From the NCBI RefSeq assembly GCF_030381805.1, contig NZ_JAUDRH010000016.1, forward strand, positions 69,711-133,710: a stretch of DNA of 64,000 nt, in the 5' to 3' direction. This DNA is from Chlorogloeopsis sp. ULAP01 (lineage in GTDB: Bacteria > Cyanobacteriota > Cyanobacteriia > Cyanobacteriales > Nostocaceae). The position numbers were made by a program, and so were the translations under genes. The notes under the pieces were generated by a model. It saw only the letters and a list, made by a program, of their open reading frames with translations. It did no database searches and was not told where the DNA came from. Below, piece by piece: positions 33,858 to 44,487 of the stretch; the stretch's first letter is position 1; every line of letters begins with the position of its first letter.

Positions 33858-34271
33858 CTAAGTTTTTTCAATAATAGGACAAATGGTTTGCTCAGGATTT
33901 TCAGGAATGCTTTCCCAACCTGAAAGCAGTCCTTCCAACTCTTGTTTTAGGATGAGTAACTGCTGAATTTGTCTATCAATATCTACTAGCTTTTCTTGCA
34001 GCTTAATTTTTATATGGTCACACGGTAATTCACCTTCATCGTGAACATTCAAAAATTCCTTAATTTCTGATAAACTTAATCCCAAACTTTGGGCGCGTTT
34101 GATAAAGTTCAAGCGAGCTAAAACATCAGAGCGAAATAATCTAAATCCACCCTCAGTTCTCCCTGATGTTTTGAGTAAACCTAGCTCTTCATAGTAGCGA
34201 ATAGTTTTAATTGGCACGCCACTTTCTTTAGCAACTAAACCAATAAGTTTTTGTTCTTCTTGAACTAACAT
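33858..34271 (-). CDS. MerR-family transcriptional regulator
   Basis: 137 aa. N-terminal HTH (IGLVAKESGVPIKTIRYYEELGLL), coiled-coil dimerisation region, C-terminal Cys. Confidence 0.8.
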   Translation of the reverse strand: MLVQEEQKLIGLVAKESGVPIKTIRYYEELGLLKTSGRTEGGFRLFRSDVLARLNFIKRAQSLGLSLSEIKEFLNVHDEGELPCDHIKIKLQEKLVDIDRQIQQLLILKQELEGLLSGWESIPENPEQTICPIIEKT

Positions 34272-34478
34272 ATTTAGCTCCTACAATCCGATTTGATGTT
34301 GAAAAACAATAAGTCTTTTGAAGGTGCGTTACGCTTTACTAACATACCCTACTAAAATGTTTCCTATCTACACCACAAAACAATTTATTGCATCATTTTA
34401 GTCATGTCAGTTCACTACGCATCTTTAACAAATAAAAGATGAGTCCTACATCCCATACAGCGAAAAAACATAATCAAG

Positions 34479-35144
34479 TTAGTTAATCTTGGTTGCAATA
34501 CCTTTATACAAATATCCCGAAATTTTTGGAGTTTTTTCAGCGTAAAACTCTTCTAGGCTAACAATATCAAATTCACTCTCTATAAGTTGTCGAATATTGC
34601 GATTAAAGTGACAACCACCCGCAATTCTTTTTTGCAATGGGGTTAATCGGTTTTGCCAAACTTGAACCTCAGGCTCATGACTTAGCCCATGTTCCACAAA
34701 GAAGAATCTTCCTGCTGGTTTCAAAACGCGGTAAATTTCTCTGAGAGCTTGTTCAACATTCTCAATACTACATAGCGTCCAAGTACTCACCACGCTATCA
34801 AATGTATTATCTGCCATTGGTAGGTTTTCACCATTTAACACTCTATGGTCTACAGTAATTGAGGATGCTTGAATCCGCTTTTGAGCTAGCCCATGAATTC
34901 CAGGGTTTGCATCGACTGTGATAATTTTATGAATGTGTTTAGGATAATAAGAAAGATTCAATCCTGTTCCAAAACCAATTTCCAGAATTTCTCCTTTAAC
35001 TTCCGCTAAAACCTCTTGGCGATATTTAGCGAGGCTAGAATCAGATAATGACCAATCAAGCAGATAGGGAAGGATTCTTTGCGAGTAAAATCCCATTTGT
35101 CCTCCTATCAAAGTGCAAATTACAAACTTGCCTACTTGATTCAA
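34479..35144 (-). CDS. class I SAM-dependent methyltransferase (UbiE/COQ5-like)
   Basis: Motif I ILEIGFGTGLNL, LKPAGRFFFVEH. Same strand as, and upstream of, the MerR gene. Confidence 0.7.
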   Translation of the reverse strand: MNQVGKFVICTLIGGQMGFYSQRILPYLLDWSLSDSSLAKYRQEVLAEVKGEILEIGFGTGLNLSYYPKHIHKIITVDANPGIHGLAQKRIQASSITVDHRVLNGENLPMADNTFDSVVSTWTLCSIENVEQALREIYRVLKPAGRFFFVEHGLSHEPEVQVWQNRLTPLQKRIAGGCHFNRNIRQLIESEFDIVSLEEFYAEKTPKISGYLYKGIATKIN

Positions 35145-35520
35145 TCTTAAACTCTCCAGCTAACTGGAGAGTCAAGAATAATCAGCATATATTTTTAACT
35201 ACGGAACTTACGTAAAATCTCTCTAACTCCTATTTCTCCGTATTCTCCGTACTGAGAGCAGTTTTTTCTTCTAGAATGTGCCTGTAGAATGTGCCTGCCG
35301 CCTTTAATAAACTGAAATCTTTCATCTTTTTAATAACCTAGAGTAGGCATTTTCTAGAACGTAAAAATAAAGGTTTAAGAAAAGTTAAGCAATACTCACT
35401 CTACAAGAATTGGTGGTGTACCCTAAGTGCTATTTTCCATACTACCTAGTAAAACATACATATAGTGCATTCTTCTTTGCTCTTCTCAGGGAATACTAGG
35501 AGAATGAAATTTTATCGCTC

Positions 35521-36297
35521 ATGATGATTATGCGTATATTATTTTCTTTGGTTGGGCAACTTTTGCAACGATTACTTACTCTGACAGTAATAGCGTCGGT
35601 GTGTTTAGTTTTGGTGTGGTCATTTCCAGTACAAGCAGCTAGCCGTATTAATCCGCAACTAGAAGAACAAGTTTTACAAATTATCCGCAATCATCCGGAA
35701 GCAATTCTGGAATCAGTCCAAGTGTATCAACAGGAACAGCAGCAGGAATTACAGCAAACACGGCAGGCATTTTTACAGGATTTAAAATTTAACCCCCAAA
35801 AAGTAATAGGAGACTCTCCTACCACTGGAGCAAATACACCAAAAATTTTGTTGGTAGAGTTTTCTGACTTTCAATGTCCTTATTGTGCTGAGGCTCATAA
35901 AACTCTCAAAAATTTAATAGCGAAGCACCAGGATAAGGTCAAATTAGTGTACAAAAATTTCCCGTTAATCTCAATTCACGCAGAAGCTATGCCAGCCGCA
36001 GAAGCCGCTTGGGCTGCCCAACAACAAGGCAAGTTTTGGGAATATCATGATTCACTATTTAATAATCAAAAGAAAATTGGCGATTCTTTATATGTAGATA
36101 TCGCTAAAAAGCTGAACTTAGATTTGGAGAAGTTTGAGAAAGATAGGCAGATTGCTAATAATGTTATTCAGAAAGATATACAATTAGCAGATAATTTGGG
36201 TCTTTCTGGAACACCATTTTTTATCATGAATAGTGATACTGTTTCTGGTGTAGTTCAGCTATCTAAGATAGAGGAAATACTGACAAGTGCTAAGTAA
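35521..36297 (+). CDS. DsbA-family thiol:disulfide oxidoreductase (thioredoxin fold), exported
   Basis: 258 aa. N-terminal signal/anchor. Active site FSDFQCPYCAEAH (CxxC). Confidence 0.75.
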   Translation: MMIMRILFSLVGQLLQRLLTLTVIASVCLVLVWSFPVQAASRINPQLEEQVLQIIRNHPEAILESVQVYQQEQQQELQQTRQAFLQDLKFNPQKVIGDSPTTGANTPKILLVEFSDFQCPYCAEAHKTLKNLIAKHQDKVKLVYKNFPLISIHAEAMPAAEAAWAAQQQGKFWEYHDSLFNNQKKIGDSLYVDIAKKLNLDLEKFEKDRQIANNVIQKDIQLADNLGLSGTPFFIMNSDTVSGVVQLSKIEEILTSAK

Positions 36298-36377
36298 TTA
36301 AGAATGCAATAACCACTACCTGTTTATAAATTTATGCTTGTCAAGTAGCTAAGTCAATATAAACAAACGAAAAACAC

Positions 36378-36410
36378 AAATCCCCGACTTCTCAGAGAAG
36401 TCGGGGATTT
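36378..36410. terminator. GC-rich palindromic hairpin (CCCCGACTT...AAGTCGGGG), copy B
   Basis: Arms aaatccccgacttctc / gagaagtcggggattt, perfect, downstream of the dsbA-like gene. Confidence 0.5.
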
Positions 36411-36693
36411 TACAGGGCGCTCTAATTACTAAATAAGTAAACTTGCTGTTTACGAATTTTTGCGTTCAAGATTACAAATAATTTATCCTAACAGTCAGCT
36501 TTAGCAATTATCTATTAACAAACTTACAAACAAGCTGATACTAAAGACGGTGTATTTTATCTCTTTAAAGTTACCTGGAGCAAAAATCGTGAGGTTAAGA
36601 ATGCATCGTATAGAATTTAGACAAATTGCCCCTATGATTCTATTGTTTAGCTGTTATTTATCACTATTGAAAACTAATTCTTCTGTAGCACAA

Positions 36694-37017
36694 TTAACAC
36701 CTTGTCAAAGACCAAGGTTCCAAAGGTACAACAGGCCATTGCCATTATGGTGGCTATGGCAGCAATTCCTCTACTCGCATCAATCGCTACAGAAAATGGC
36801 AAGTTACTGCTGGCGAAAATATTAGCTATGGGTCAAATACCGCTCAGGATATTATCATGCAATTAATTGTTGATGATGGAGTTAGCGATTGCGGTCATCG
36901 TAAAAATATCTTTAACTCTGCTTTTAAAGTCACAGGAGTTGCCTACGGAAGTCACACTCGATATAGAGCGATGTGTGTAATTATTTATGCTGGAGGATAT
37001 ATAGAACAAAGGGAATA
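36694..37017 (+). pseudogene. 5'-truncated CAP/SCP (YkwD-like) domain gene remnant
   Basis: Stop-free frame lacking any start codon. It encodes ...[71 protein letters not shown]..., which matches the C-terminal half of bacterial CAP domains (AGENI..G ... SPGHR.NIL ... GVGY). Upstream stops are present in this frame. Confidence 0.4.
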
Positions 37018-37284
37018 GGGAACAGGAAACAGGTGAAGAGGTATTTTCATATATCCTGGAGAACGCAGTTCACTAAGATGCATGGTTAGTAGGTAGTAGT
37101 TTTTACCACTATTCACTAATATTTATTTAATAATAAAAACTACTGGGTCTAATCTCCACTAACACAATGCCTAGCTAACAGAAAAACTGTAAGGCTATCA
37201 TCACATCAGTGCGGAAATCAGACCCAGTATCAAATTATTAGCAATCTAATTAAGTAATTAGAGTTGCGATTTTAGCTGGCGAGG

Positions 37285-38052
37285 TTAGCGTCTGCTACCA
37301 CTACGGGAAGGCACTAAGCTCATGTAATCAAGTTCGGCGGCGCGAATATTTTGAGCATAGTTGCCTTGGGGAGCGATCGCAGATGCCATGTCGGCGTATT
37401 TGCGAGGATCGCCTTCTGCCAGTCGGCGTTCTTGAGACTTACGGCTGTAGAAGTTCTGCAATGTAAAGCGCCAGTCGGTTTTGACGGTGCCAGCACTTTC
37501 TTGGAAGTCTTCGCCGTAGCGAGGAGTTACCAAGTTGTGGGGACGATCCACCAAACGCTTGCGTTGGTAGGGAACGGTATTTTCACCAAATGCTTCGGTG
37601 TATTCGTCACTGTCAATTAGAGCATCAACGAAGCCGCCAAATCCTTTGGTGCCAATCACAATTGACCAAGCAATTTCTTCTTCTTTGTTATAAGATGAAC
37701 GACCTAAAAAGCGCTTGAGGCAAATATCTACAAGACGATAGTTGTTATTAACCGAGACAACCAAGCGATAGAAAGCTTCAGACTTGGCTAAACCACGAAT
37801 AAAATCGCGTACTGTTAAAGAGCCATTTTTCAGCTGAGATTCCAAATGCTGCTGACGATTGAACTTCAGAATTTCATGCTCACTGAAAACTTGGCGATAA
37901 GCTGCCCAAATGATATCTTGCCGGTCGCTGTAAGAGCTGATATCTTCTAAGCGATAGATATAGGGTGTATCTTCATCTAGATCGGACGGGCCAAAGCTTG
38001 TAACCCGATGATTTTGACTGCTGGGTTTATATTCAAGTAATGGCAGTGCCAT
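37285..38052 (-). CDS. cpcG4: phycobilisome rod-core linker CpcG (fourth copy)
   Basis: Start [17 protein letters not shown]. Linker domain [11 protein letters not shown]...[11 protein letters not shown]...FLGR. Confidence 0.85.
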   Translation of the reverse strand: MALPLLEYKPSSQNHRVTSFGPSDLDEDTPYIYRLEDISSYSDRQDIIWAAYRQVFSEHEILKFNRQQHLESQLKNGSLTVRDFIRGLAKSEAFYRLVVSVNNNYRLVDICLKRFLGRSSYNKEEEIAWSIVIGTKGFGGFVDALIDSDEYTEAFGENTVPYQRKRLVDRPHNLVTPRYGEDFQESAGTVKTDWRFTLQNFYSRKSQERRLAEGDPRKYADMASAIAPQGNYAQNIRAAELDYMSLVPSRSGSRR

Positions 38053-38163
38053 TGGCAATTTCCCTCTTAAATTATCAACAAAGTTAAACAGAGCTTTTGG
38101 GAAAATAGAAGAAGGCTTGCATGATTGCAATCTTCTTTCATTAACTATTTTCCCGCATTCTGT

Positions 38164-38898
38164 TTAGAAGATAGAACTGTTTACAAACCAATTTAGTACG
38201 AGCAAGAAAGTGGCGATCGCAGAACATCCAACTAGTACAGCTGATAACATTCTCCAATCGACTTTTTGAGGATAGGCTGACACAGTCAAAAACTTATACC
38301 ATTCGGTGTCATGTACCCAACTGGTTTTAACAATGCCTGCTTTGTCGCGATAGTCTGCACCATAGCGCGGGGTAAAGCTAAACGGTCTGTCTATTGACAT
38401 CCGCTTGCGCTGATAGGGTACCGTATTGTCACCAAAGGCTTGCTCATACTCTTGAGAGTCAATCAATGCATCTACAAATCTTGCCCAACCGCGAGTGGCG
38501 ATTTGAATAGACCAAGCAATTTCTTCTTCTCGATTGTATGGAGCACGACCTAACAAACGCTTCAGACAAATTTCTACTAGCCGATAGTTATTATTAGCTG
38601 CAACTACCAACTGATAAAATCGATCTGATTTTGCCAATCCACGGATAAAATCGCGTACCGTGAGCGATTTGTTTTTTAGTTGAGTTTCCAGAGCTATTTG
38701 ACGGTTAAATTGAAGAATTTCTTGTTCATTAAAAACTTGACGATAGGCTGCCCAAATTAATTCTTCAATTTCGCCACTAGAGTTAATCTCTTCAAGACGA
38801 TAGATATAAGGAGTATCTTCATTAATATCTGTCGTTCCAAAGCTAGTAACTCTCTGATTTTGAGTAGTGGGTTTATATTCGAGTACAGGTACTGCCAT
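38164..38898 (-). CDS. cpcG3: CpcG-type linker with hydrophobic C-terminal tail (CpcL-like, third copy)
   Basis: Start [17 protein letters not shown]. Linker domain followed by a C-terminal membrane-anchoring helix [22 protein letters not shown]. Confidence 0.85.
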   Translation of the reverse strand: MAVPVLEYKPTTQNQRVTSFGTTDINEDTPYIYRLEEINSSGEIEELIWAAYRQVFNEQEILQFNRQIALETQLKNKSLTVRDFIRGLAKSDRFYQLVVAANNNYRLVEICLKRLLGRAPYNREEEIAWSIQIATRGWARFVDALIDSQEYEQAFGDNTVPYQRKRMSIDRPFSFTPRYGADYRDKAGIVKTSWVHDTEWYKFLTVSAYPQKVDWRMLSAVLVGCSAIATFLLVLNWFVNSSIF

Positions 38899-39141
38899 AT
38901 TTTTATTCACCTCATTGCATGATTTGGCACTTTAGAAGGTTGTGCGATTCACACCTTAGTAATTCTTTAAGTAAACCTACCAACCTTCTAAAAATTGTGT
39001 GAACTAATTTTGGATTTACCCAGACCCACTTTTGGATTGTTTGTTAGTTTTTGGTTATTAGTTGAATTTTCTACTAACAACTTAATGTACAGACGCTTCG
39101 GTTCATCGCATCTCTACCTACTAACCACTATCCATTTCAGT

Positions 39142-39885
39142 TTAGCTTAACGGGAAACTGGCGCTTGGACTAACGGAGACTGGAATACCTTGTGGCTGAG
39201 TATTCCGGGTGGTATCAGGAATTTTGATGTTGGCAGTACTAACAGGATTGTAATTAACTGTCCTAATCTCAATTGACTTGGCTAGATCCAAGAAGTTCTT
39301 AATATCACCCGACTTATAACGCTCATTTTCCAATTTGTCTCGCCAGTAGTTACCATAGCGAGGTGTAACCAAATTAAAGGGTCTATCTTTAAAGCGGCGA
39401 CGTTGGTAAGGAACTGTATTATCACCAAAGTTAGTTTGATATTCTTCACTGTCTACCAAAGCATCAATAAAGCCGCCAAAGCCTTGAGTAGCAATTTTAA
39501 TTGACCAAGCGATTTCTTCGTCTTTGTTGTAAGATGCACGACCCAAAATACGTTTGAGGCAGATTTCTACAATTCGGTAATTAGAGTTTGTCTCTACCAC
39601 TAAGCGACGAAAACCTTCTGATTTTGCCAAACCTCGGATGAAGTCACGCACAGTAATGGCTCGGTTTTTCAACTGAGATTCTAAATTTGTTTGGCGATAA
39701 AATTTGAGATTTTCGTGTTCACTGAATATTTGTCGATATCCAGCCCAAATTAATTCTTTGATTTCGCTTTCAGTCGGAGAGTCTTCTAAACGATATATTC
39801 TTGGAGAATCTTCGTTAGGTACTTCGTAACCAGCAACACGCTGATTTTGGGAACTGGGTTTGTATTCTAGTAAAGGTATTGACAT
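39142..39885 (-). CDS. cpcG2: phycobilisome rod-core linker CpcG (second copy)
   Basis: Start [17 protein letters not shown]. The upstream extension of the ORF runs through an STRR tract and was trimmed. Confidence 0.85.
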   Translation of the reverse strand: MSIPLLEYKPSSQNQRVAGYEVPNEDSPRIYRLEDSPTESEIKELIWAGYRQIFSEHENLKFYRQTNLESQLKNRAITVRDFIRGLAKSEGFRRLVVETNSNYRIVEICLKRILGRASYNKDEEIAWSIKIATQGFGGFIDALVDSEEYQTNFGDNTVPYQRRRFKDRPFNLVTPRYGNYWRDKLENERYKSGDIKNFLDLAKSIEIRTVNYNPVSTANIKIPDTTRNTQPQGIPVSVSPSASFPLS

Positions 39886-39902
39886 TGTAAATATTTGTCC
39901 TT

Positions 39903-39985
39903 TGTTATTTGTCATTTTCCCTTTGTCATTTGTTTTGTTTTTGTCTGAAAAACCAATGACCAATGACTAATGACTAATGACTATT
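39903..39985. repeat. STRR heptamer arrays (TGTCATT / CAATGAC = STRR2 family)
   Basis: tgtcatttgtcattttccctttgtcatttg ... accaatgaccaatgactaatgactaatgact. Confidence 0.7.
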
Positions 39986-40824
39986 TAAGTTGTTTTGTTA
40001 CCAGGAATGTAACGATAAGGTAGAGCAACTTTTGTGGGTTTTACAGTTGGAGGAGGAGTGGCAGATTCACGAGTTGTGTCGGGAATCTGAGCGACAGAAG
40101 CAAAATTTCTAGCTCTATCGGCTGTACGCTGGTAATTCATCCCACCTGGTGCGATACTCGCAGCCATTGACAGGAAGGTAAAAGGAATTGCTTGACGAAC
40201 GCCGCGTTGTACTGATTCTCCTGTACGTACAACTTGATAGAAAGTTTGACCTTCTAAAGAACGTGTAATCTCTTGATTACGCCAGTAATCGGCGTAACGA
40301 GGATTGACCAAATTAAAGGGGCGGTCTTTAAAACGACGGCGTTGGAAAGGTACAATATCGTCGCCAAAGTTTTGACGGTATTCTTCACTATCTACTAAGG
40401 CATCGATAAAACCGTGCAAACCTTTAGTGGCAATTACAATCGACCAAGCTATTTGCTCATCTTTGTTATAGGTAGCACGTCCTAAAAACCGTTTGAAGCT
40501 AATGTCTACTAAACGGTAGTTAGAGTTGGTTTTTGCTACTTCTTCGCGGTATACTTCAGATTTACCTAATCCTCGGATAAAATCGCGAATGTTAATTGCC
40601 CGATTGCGCAACTGCGATTCTAGGAAAGATTGGCGATAATTTTCTAAAATTAGGTGTTCGCTAAAGATTTGCCGATAGGCTGCCCAGATGATGGCATCAA
40701 TATCTGAATCTGAAATCGCGTCTGTTAATCGATAAATTGTTGGCGTGTCTTCGCTGGGTACTTCGTAGCCTTCGACACGCTGATTTTGTGTGGAAGGAGT
40801 AACAGAAAGTAATGGTATTGGCAT
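39985..40824 (-). CDS. cpcG1: phycobilisome rod-core linker CpcG (first copy)
   Basis: MPIPLLSVTPSTQNQRVEGYEVPSEDTPTIYRL... followed by the linker domain. Confidence 0.9.
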   Translation of the reverse strand: MPIPLLSVTPSTQNQRVEGYEVPSEDTPTIYRLTDAISDSDIDAIIWAAYRQIFSEHLILENYRQSFLESQLRNRAINIRDFIRGLGKSEVYREEVAKTNSNYRLVDISFKRFLGRATYNKDEQIAWSIVIATKGLHGFIDALVDSEEYRQNFGDDIVPFQRRRFKDRPFNLVNPRYADYWRNQEITRSLEGQTFYQVVRTGESVQRGVRQAIPFTFLSMAASIAPGGMNYQRTADRARNFASVAQIPDTTRESATPPPTVKPTKVALPYRYIPGNKTT

Positions 40825-40839
40825 CTCTACTTTTACCTT

Positions 40840-40958
40840 GTTTGATGGGGATGAGGGATAGGGGACTGGGGATAGGGGACTGGGGACAGGGAATAGAACG
40901 TGATTTACGATTCTCCGTGTCTTTTTCCCAATCCCCGATACCTAATCCCTAGTCCCTA
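40840..40958. repeat. STRR1-type heptamer arrays (ACTGGGG / CCCCAGT family) flanking a short spacer
   Basis: ggggatgagggataggggactggggataggggactggggacaggg ... ccaatccccgatacctaatccctagtccctat. Confidence 0.7.
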
Positions 40959-41561
40959 TTTTTGAGCTAGCTGCACGCGAGCGCGGATAGCTTTCTCTGT
41001 ATCATTTGCCAAAATTTCCGCAAGTCTTGCTTGAATTGGCTGTTGTAAATCAGGGTTTTTTGCTAGGGCTTCTAAACCAACAACAGCAGCATAACGAATT
41101 GACCAATCTGCATCTTGAGAGATGAACAGCAGAGTTTCCAGTGCTTTAGTTTGTGCTGTTTGGCGTTCTGAGACTGGTAGCTTTGCAAAGCGCAAATTTC
41201 CCAATCCTTTGGCTGCAGCACGACGGACACTAGGGGCAAAATCGGTGGCTGCTGATGCTAGCAATACATTTAAGGCACGTGGATCGGCGATCGCCGCTAA
41301 AGCTCTGATTGAATAAGCTCGTGCGCCATAGTTATAATCATCTATTTGTGCTAGCAATTGCGGCACTGATACTTCTCCTAACTCTGTCAGTCCAGTAACT
41401 GCTGCGACTGCTGCTGCTGGGTTGTTATAGCCAAACACGGCAATTAAAGTAGGAATTGCCGCTTCATCTTTTGCAGCTGCCAATTTCTGTACTGCTGCTA
41501 TCATCCGCGCTGGTGAGTCTGCTTCTGCTACGGCGCGAATTAATTGTTGGGTATCAGTCAT
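40956..41561 (-). CDS. cpcF: phycocyanobilin lyase subunit CpcF
   Basis: 201-aa HEAT-repeat protein following cpcE. Confidence 0.85.
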   Translation of the reverse strand: MTDTQQLIRAVAEADSPARMIAAVQKLAAAKDEAAIPTLIAVFGYNNPAAAVAAVTGLTELGEVSVPQLLAQIDDYNYGARAYSIRALAAIADPRALNVLLASAATDFAPSVRRAAAKGLGNLRFAKLPVSERQTAQTKALETLLFISQDADWSIRYAAVVGLEALAKNPDLQQPIQARLAEILANDTEKAIRARVQLAQK

Positions 41562-41634
41562 TTGTCATTAGTCACTAGTCATTTGTCATTTGTCATTAGC
41601 TTTGAATAAAGGACAAAGGACTAACAACAAATGA

Positions 41635-42465
41635 CTATAAAAGTGAATCCATCAAGTTCATGACTCGAATGGCATCCACTCCAAGAGAGGAAGCATCTGA
41701 CTCCTGTTGAAGTTGATGCTCTAACAAGCTTTTGAGGGCTATGAGTTTAAAACTATTTTCTACCTTGGCATTGGCGATCGCATCTAATGCTGGTAGATAT
41801 CCAATCGCACCCAAATCACCCAAGGCTACGCGGCGTAATTGCAAATTGCTATTGTCCAACATTTTTACCAGATATTCTCCATAGGAGACATCTTGTGTTA
41901 GTTGGTACATTGCTCTTGCTGCTGCACATTGCACTCGCGGTACAGGATGCTCAAAGAAGGGTTCAATGAGAGGAACAGCCTCAGTCGCACCAATAGCTCC
42001 TAAGGCTTCTAATACTGCTTCGTAAGGTTGGGTGAGGTGAGGACGTCCTGGTACTTGAATAGCGGCTGCTACACCCCCGTCTAGCAGCCGCATCAGTGCT
42101 GGTGCAGCAGCAATATTTTCTAGCATTTCTAGAGATTGAGCTGCTGCCTCGCGCACATAAAAGTCAGAGCATTCCAAACACTTAATTAGTCCTGGTAAAG
42201 CTCTTAAATCGCCTATTTTACCGAGTGCTCTAGCCGCATTGCGTCGTAAAGGATAGCCTCCCATTTCGGTTCTGTCGGCTTCATCTTCTAACGCCACAAT
42301 TAGAGCATCTACAGCAATTGGCTCACTAACGCGAAATTTACCCAACCACCAAGCAGCATAATAGCGGAGACTTAAATCTGGTGATGATAGATTGGCGATC
42401 GCTTGCTCTTTTGTCAGTGGCGGCGCATTTTCTGCGGAATATTCTTCCGCCATTGGTTCTATCAT
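41635..42465 (-). CDS. cpcE: phycocyanobilin lyase subunit CpcE
   Basis: 276-aa HEAT-repeat protein (LRYYAAWWLGKFR motif). Confidence 0.85.
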   Translation of the reverse strand: MIEPMAEEYSAENAPPLTKEQAIANLSSPDLSLRYYAAWWLGKFRVSEPIAVDALIVALEDEADRTEMGGYPLRRNAARALGKIGDLRALPGLIKCLECSDFYVREAAAQSLEMLENIAAAPALMRLLDGGVAAAIQVPGRPHLTQPYEAVLEALGAIGATEAVPLIEPFFEHPVPRVQCAAARAMYQLTQDVSYGEYLVKMLDNSNLQLRRVALGDLGAIGYLPALDAIANAKVENSFKLIALKSLLEHQLQQESDASSLGVDAIRVMNLMDSLL

Positions 42466-42474
42466 TACCAGAAC

Positions 42475-42720
42475 TTAGTTGTCTGTTTCTGAGGTCAAAG
42501 GTTCAATTTTGATAATTCTACCGCCCATGCGGGTAATCCGCTGCATTTCTTCGTTCATGCGGTTGTATGGCACGGTCATAAATACGCTGCCACTACGACG
42601 GATGTCGTAGCTATTTTTGTCATTTTCTTCGTTTTGGCGCAAGCCTACGACTTCATAACGAAACATCCGGCTGTTTGCACTAGAAATGCCATTAGCACCA
42701 ACTGTGGTTTGACCGAACAT
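42475..42720 (-). CDS. cpcD: phycobilisome rod-capping linker LR8.9 (CpcD)
   Basis: 81 aa, CpcD-like (MFRYEVVGLRQ...GGRIIKIEPL). Confidence 0.9.
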   Translation of the reverse strand: MFGQTTVGANGISSANSRMFRYEVVGLRQNEENDKNSYDIRRSGSVFMTVPYNRMNEEMQRITRMGGRIIKIEPLTSETDN

Positions 42721-42759
42721 CCTTGTTTACCTCTCCTGTAAAATTAGCTTTTAGGCAAT

Positions 42760-42897
42760 TGCTAGGAGTTAGGAGCTAGAAGTTAAGAGTTAGGAGTTAA
42801 GAATTAGGAGTTTAGAATTTATATTTTCTTCAACTCATAACTCATAACTCATGACTCATAACTCTTAACTCATAACACCTACTCCTAACTCTCGACT
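42760..42897. repeat. STRR-like heptamer arrays (GAGTTAG / CTCATAA)
   Basis: gctaggagttaggagctagaagttaagagttaggagttaag ... actcataactcataactcatgactcataactcttaactcataac. Confidence 0.7.
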
Positions 42898-42900
42898 TTA

Positions 42901-43761
42901 TTACGCTGGTGTAACGCTGACGATTTTGCCACCTTGGCGTACAATTTGCTGAATTTTGTCCGAAAGCCGCTCGTAGGGTACGACAATTGCGTAGCTGCTA
43001 CGACGCACGCTGGGAAAACCAGGATTGCGCTGTCCGGTGACTTCGATGCGATAAACGCGATCGCCTTCTCCGACAGCATTTCCCATATTCTTTCTAGGTG
43101 TTACATCCGTACTCGCACGGTAACCCCAGTTAGAATTGCTGCCAGAAGGCCCAACAATTGAGGATGCGCTGTTAGTTCCTAATTCCCTTGCCAGACGAGT
43201 TTTGCTGCCTTCTACTTGAGCGCGATCGCTATTGGCATAACCTCGGTATAAGCGGAACATCCGGTTAAAGCCAACGGTTTTTTGTCCGGGTTGGGTCTCA
43301 AAACCGCGATAATATGGGACAACATTGTCGCCGAAGTTGTTCAGATATTCGACTGAATCAATGTAGGAGTCTATTTCGGCATCAAATCCTTCGCTGTGAT
43401 ATAAGTCTAAGTGATAAATCACCTCAGACTCATCGTAGGGAGCACGACCCAACAAATGCTTGTAGTTGAGTTCGATAAACCGAGTTTGGAAATTGTTGTA
43501 GAAGAATTTCTTTTTGTAGAGTTCTGACTTGGCAACACTACGCACAAACTCCCGCACTGTCAGATTGCCATCCCGCAGGAGTGATTCTGCACTTACAAGG
43601 CGTTCGGATGCCATGATGTAGTCATTACCCAAAACTTGCCGATATACGGCACGGATAACTGTTTCCACATCTTCTCTGCTTGCGTAGGGACGCAGCTCAA
43701 CTTTAGCCGTGTCGCTAAATGCCTCTGTTCCCAGCCTAGATGCTGCTGCTGTAATTGCCAT
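42901..43761 (-). CDS. cpcC: phycocyanin-associated rod linker (CpcC)
   Basis: 286 aa. Linker domain plus C-terminal CpcD-like domain. Confidence 0.9.
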   Translation of the reverse strand: MAITAAASRLGTEAFSDTAKVELRPYASREDVETVIRAVYRQVLGNDYIMASERLVSAESLLRDGNLTVREFVRSVAKSELYKKKFFYNNFQTRFIELNYKHLLGRAPYDESEVIYHLDLYHSEGFDAEIDSYIDSVEYLNNFGDNVVPYYRGFETQPGQKTVGFNRMFRLYRGYANSDRAQVEGSKTRLARELGTNSASSIVGPSGSNSNWGYRASTDVTPRKNMGNAVGEGDRVYRIEVTGQRNPGFPSVRRSSYAIVVPYERLSDKIQQIVRQGGKIVSVTPA

Positions 43762-43914
43762 ATTTCTCTGTCCCCTTATTTATTTCCACGCTGACACTCT
43801 TTGCGTGTTTGATAAATATTTTTTATCAATCCCCAGATACAACTATGCCCGGAGCTTGATCCAACTGCCAGGTAATTCCAAACAGCTGCATCCCTCTCCG
43901 GGCCGGGTTGCTAT

Positions 43915-44403
43915 CTAGCTGAGAGCGTTGATTGCGTAATCAATGTAGGTGTTGGCTTCGTTAGCAGCTTGACCAGATAAACCGTGGTTACCTTTGATGT
44001 ATTTCAAAGCTTCTACGTACCAGCTGGGAGACAAATCGAAAGCGCTGTTGATTTCAGCCAAACCAGCAATCAAGAACTCGTCCAGAGGGCCGGTGCCACC
44101 AGCAACCAAGGAATAGGTGATGATCCGCAGGTAGTGACCGATATCACGAGCACACTTGGACTTACCACGAGAATCAGCAGCGAACTGAGGGCCGCTCATT
44201 TGGGTGGTGTAAGGAAACTTTTGATATACAGCTTGAGCAGCACCATCAATCAAGCGTTGTGCGTTGGAAGTCAAAGCGCGAGCAGCTTCCATGCTGGCAG
44301 TAGCACGCTGAAAACGACCGTTAACAGCTTGTAATTCAGTGTTGCTCAAAAAACGTCCTTGGGTATCAGCAGCTGCAATTGCTTCGGTAATTGGTGTCTT
44401 CAT
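43915..44403 (-). CDS. cpcA: C-phycocyanin alpha subunit
   Basis: 162 aa, [34 protein letters not shown]... Confidence 0.95.
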   Translation of the reverse strand: MKTPITEAIAAADTQGRFLSNTELQAVNGRFQRATASMEAARALTSNAQRLIDGAAQAVYQKFPYTTQMSGPQFAADSRGKSKCARDIGHYLRIITYSLVAGGTGPLDEFLIAGLAEINSAFDLSPSWYVEALKYIKGNHGLSGQAANEANTYIDYAINALS

Positions 44404-44487
44404 GATCTAGAATCTCCTTAAAGTTTTGTAACTTATAGCCGAGATACCTATACTTTGGGTTTCTGGGCTTTTTTGTTGTGATGTTAA

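Noticed and set aside
36550-36825. 91-aa ORF as a real gene
   Set aside because: Low-complexity, odd composition. Better explained as out-of-frame read-through of a decayed CAP-domain gene whose conserved C-terminal half is in the +1 frame.
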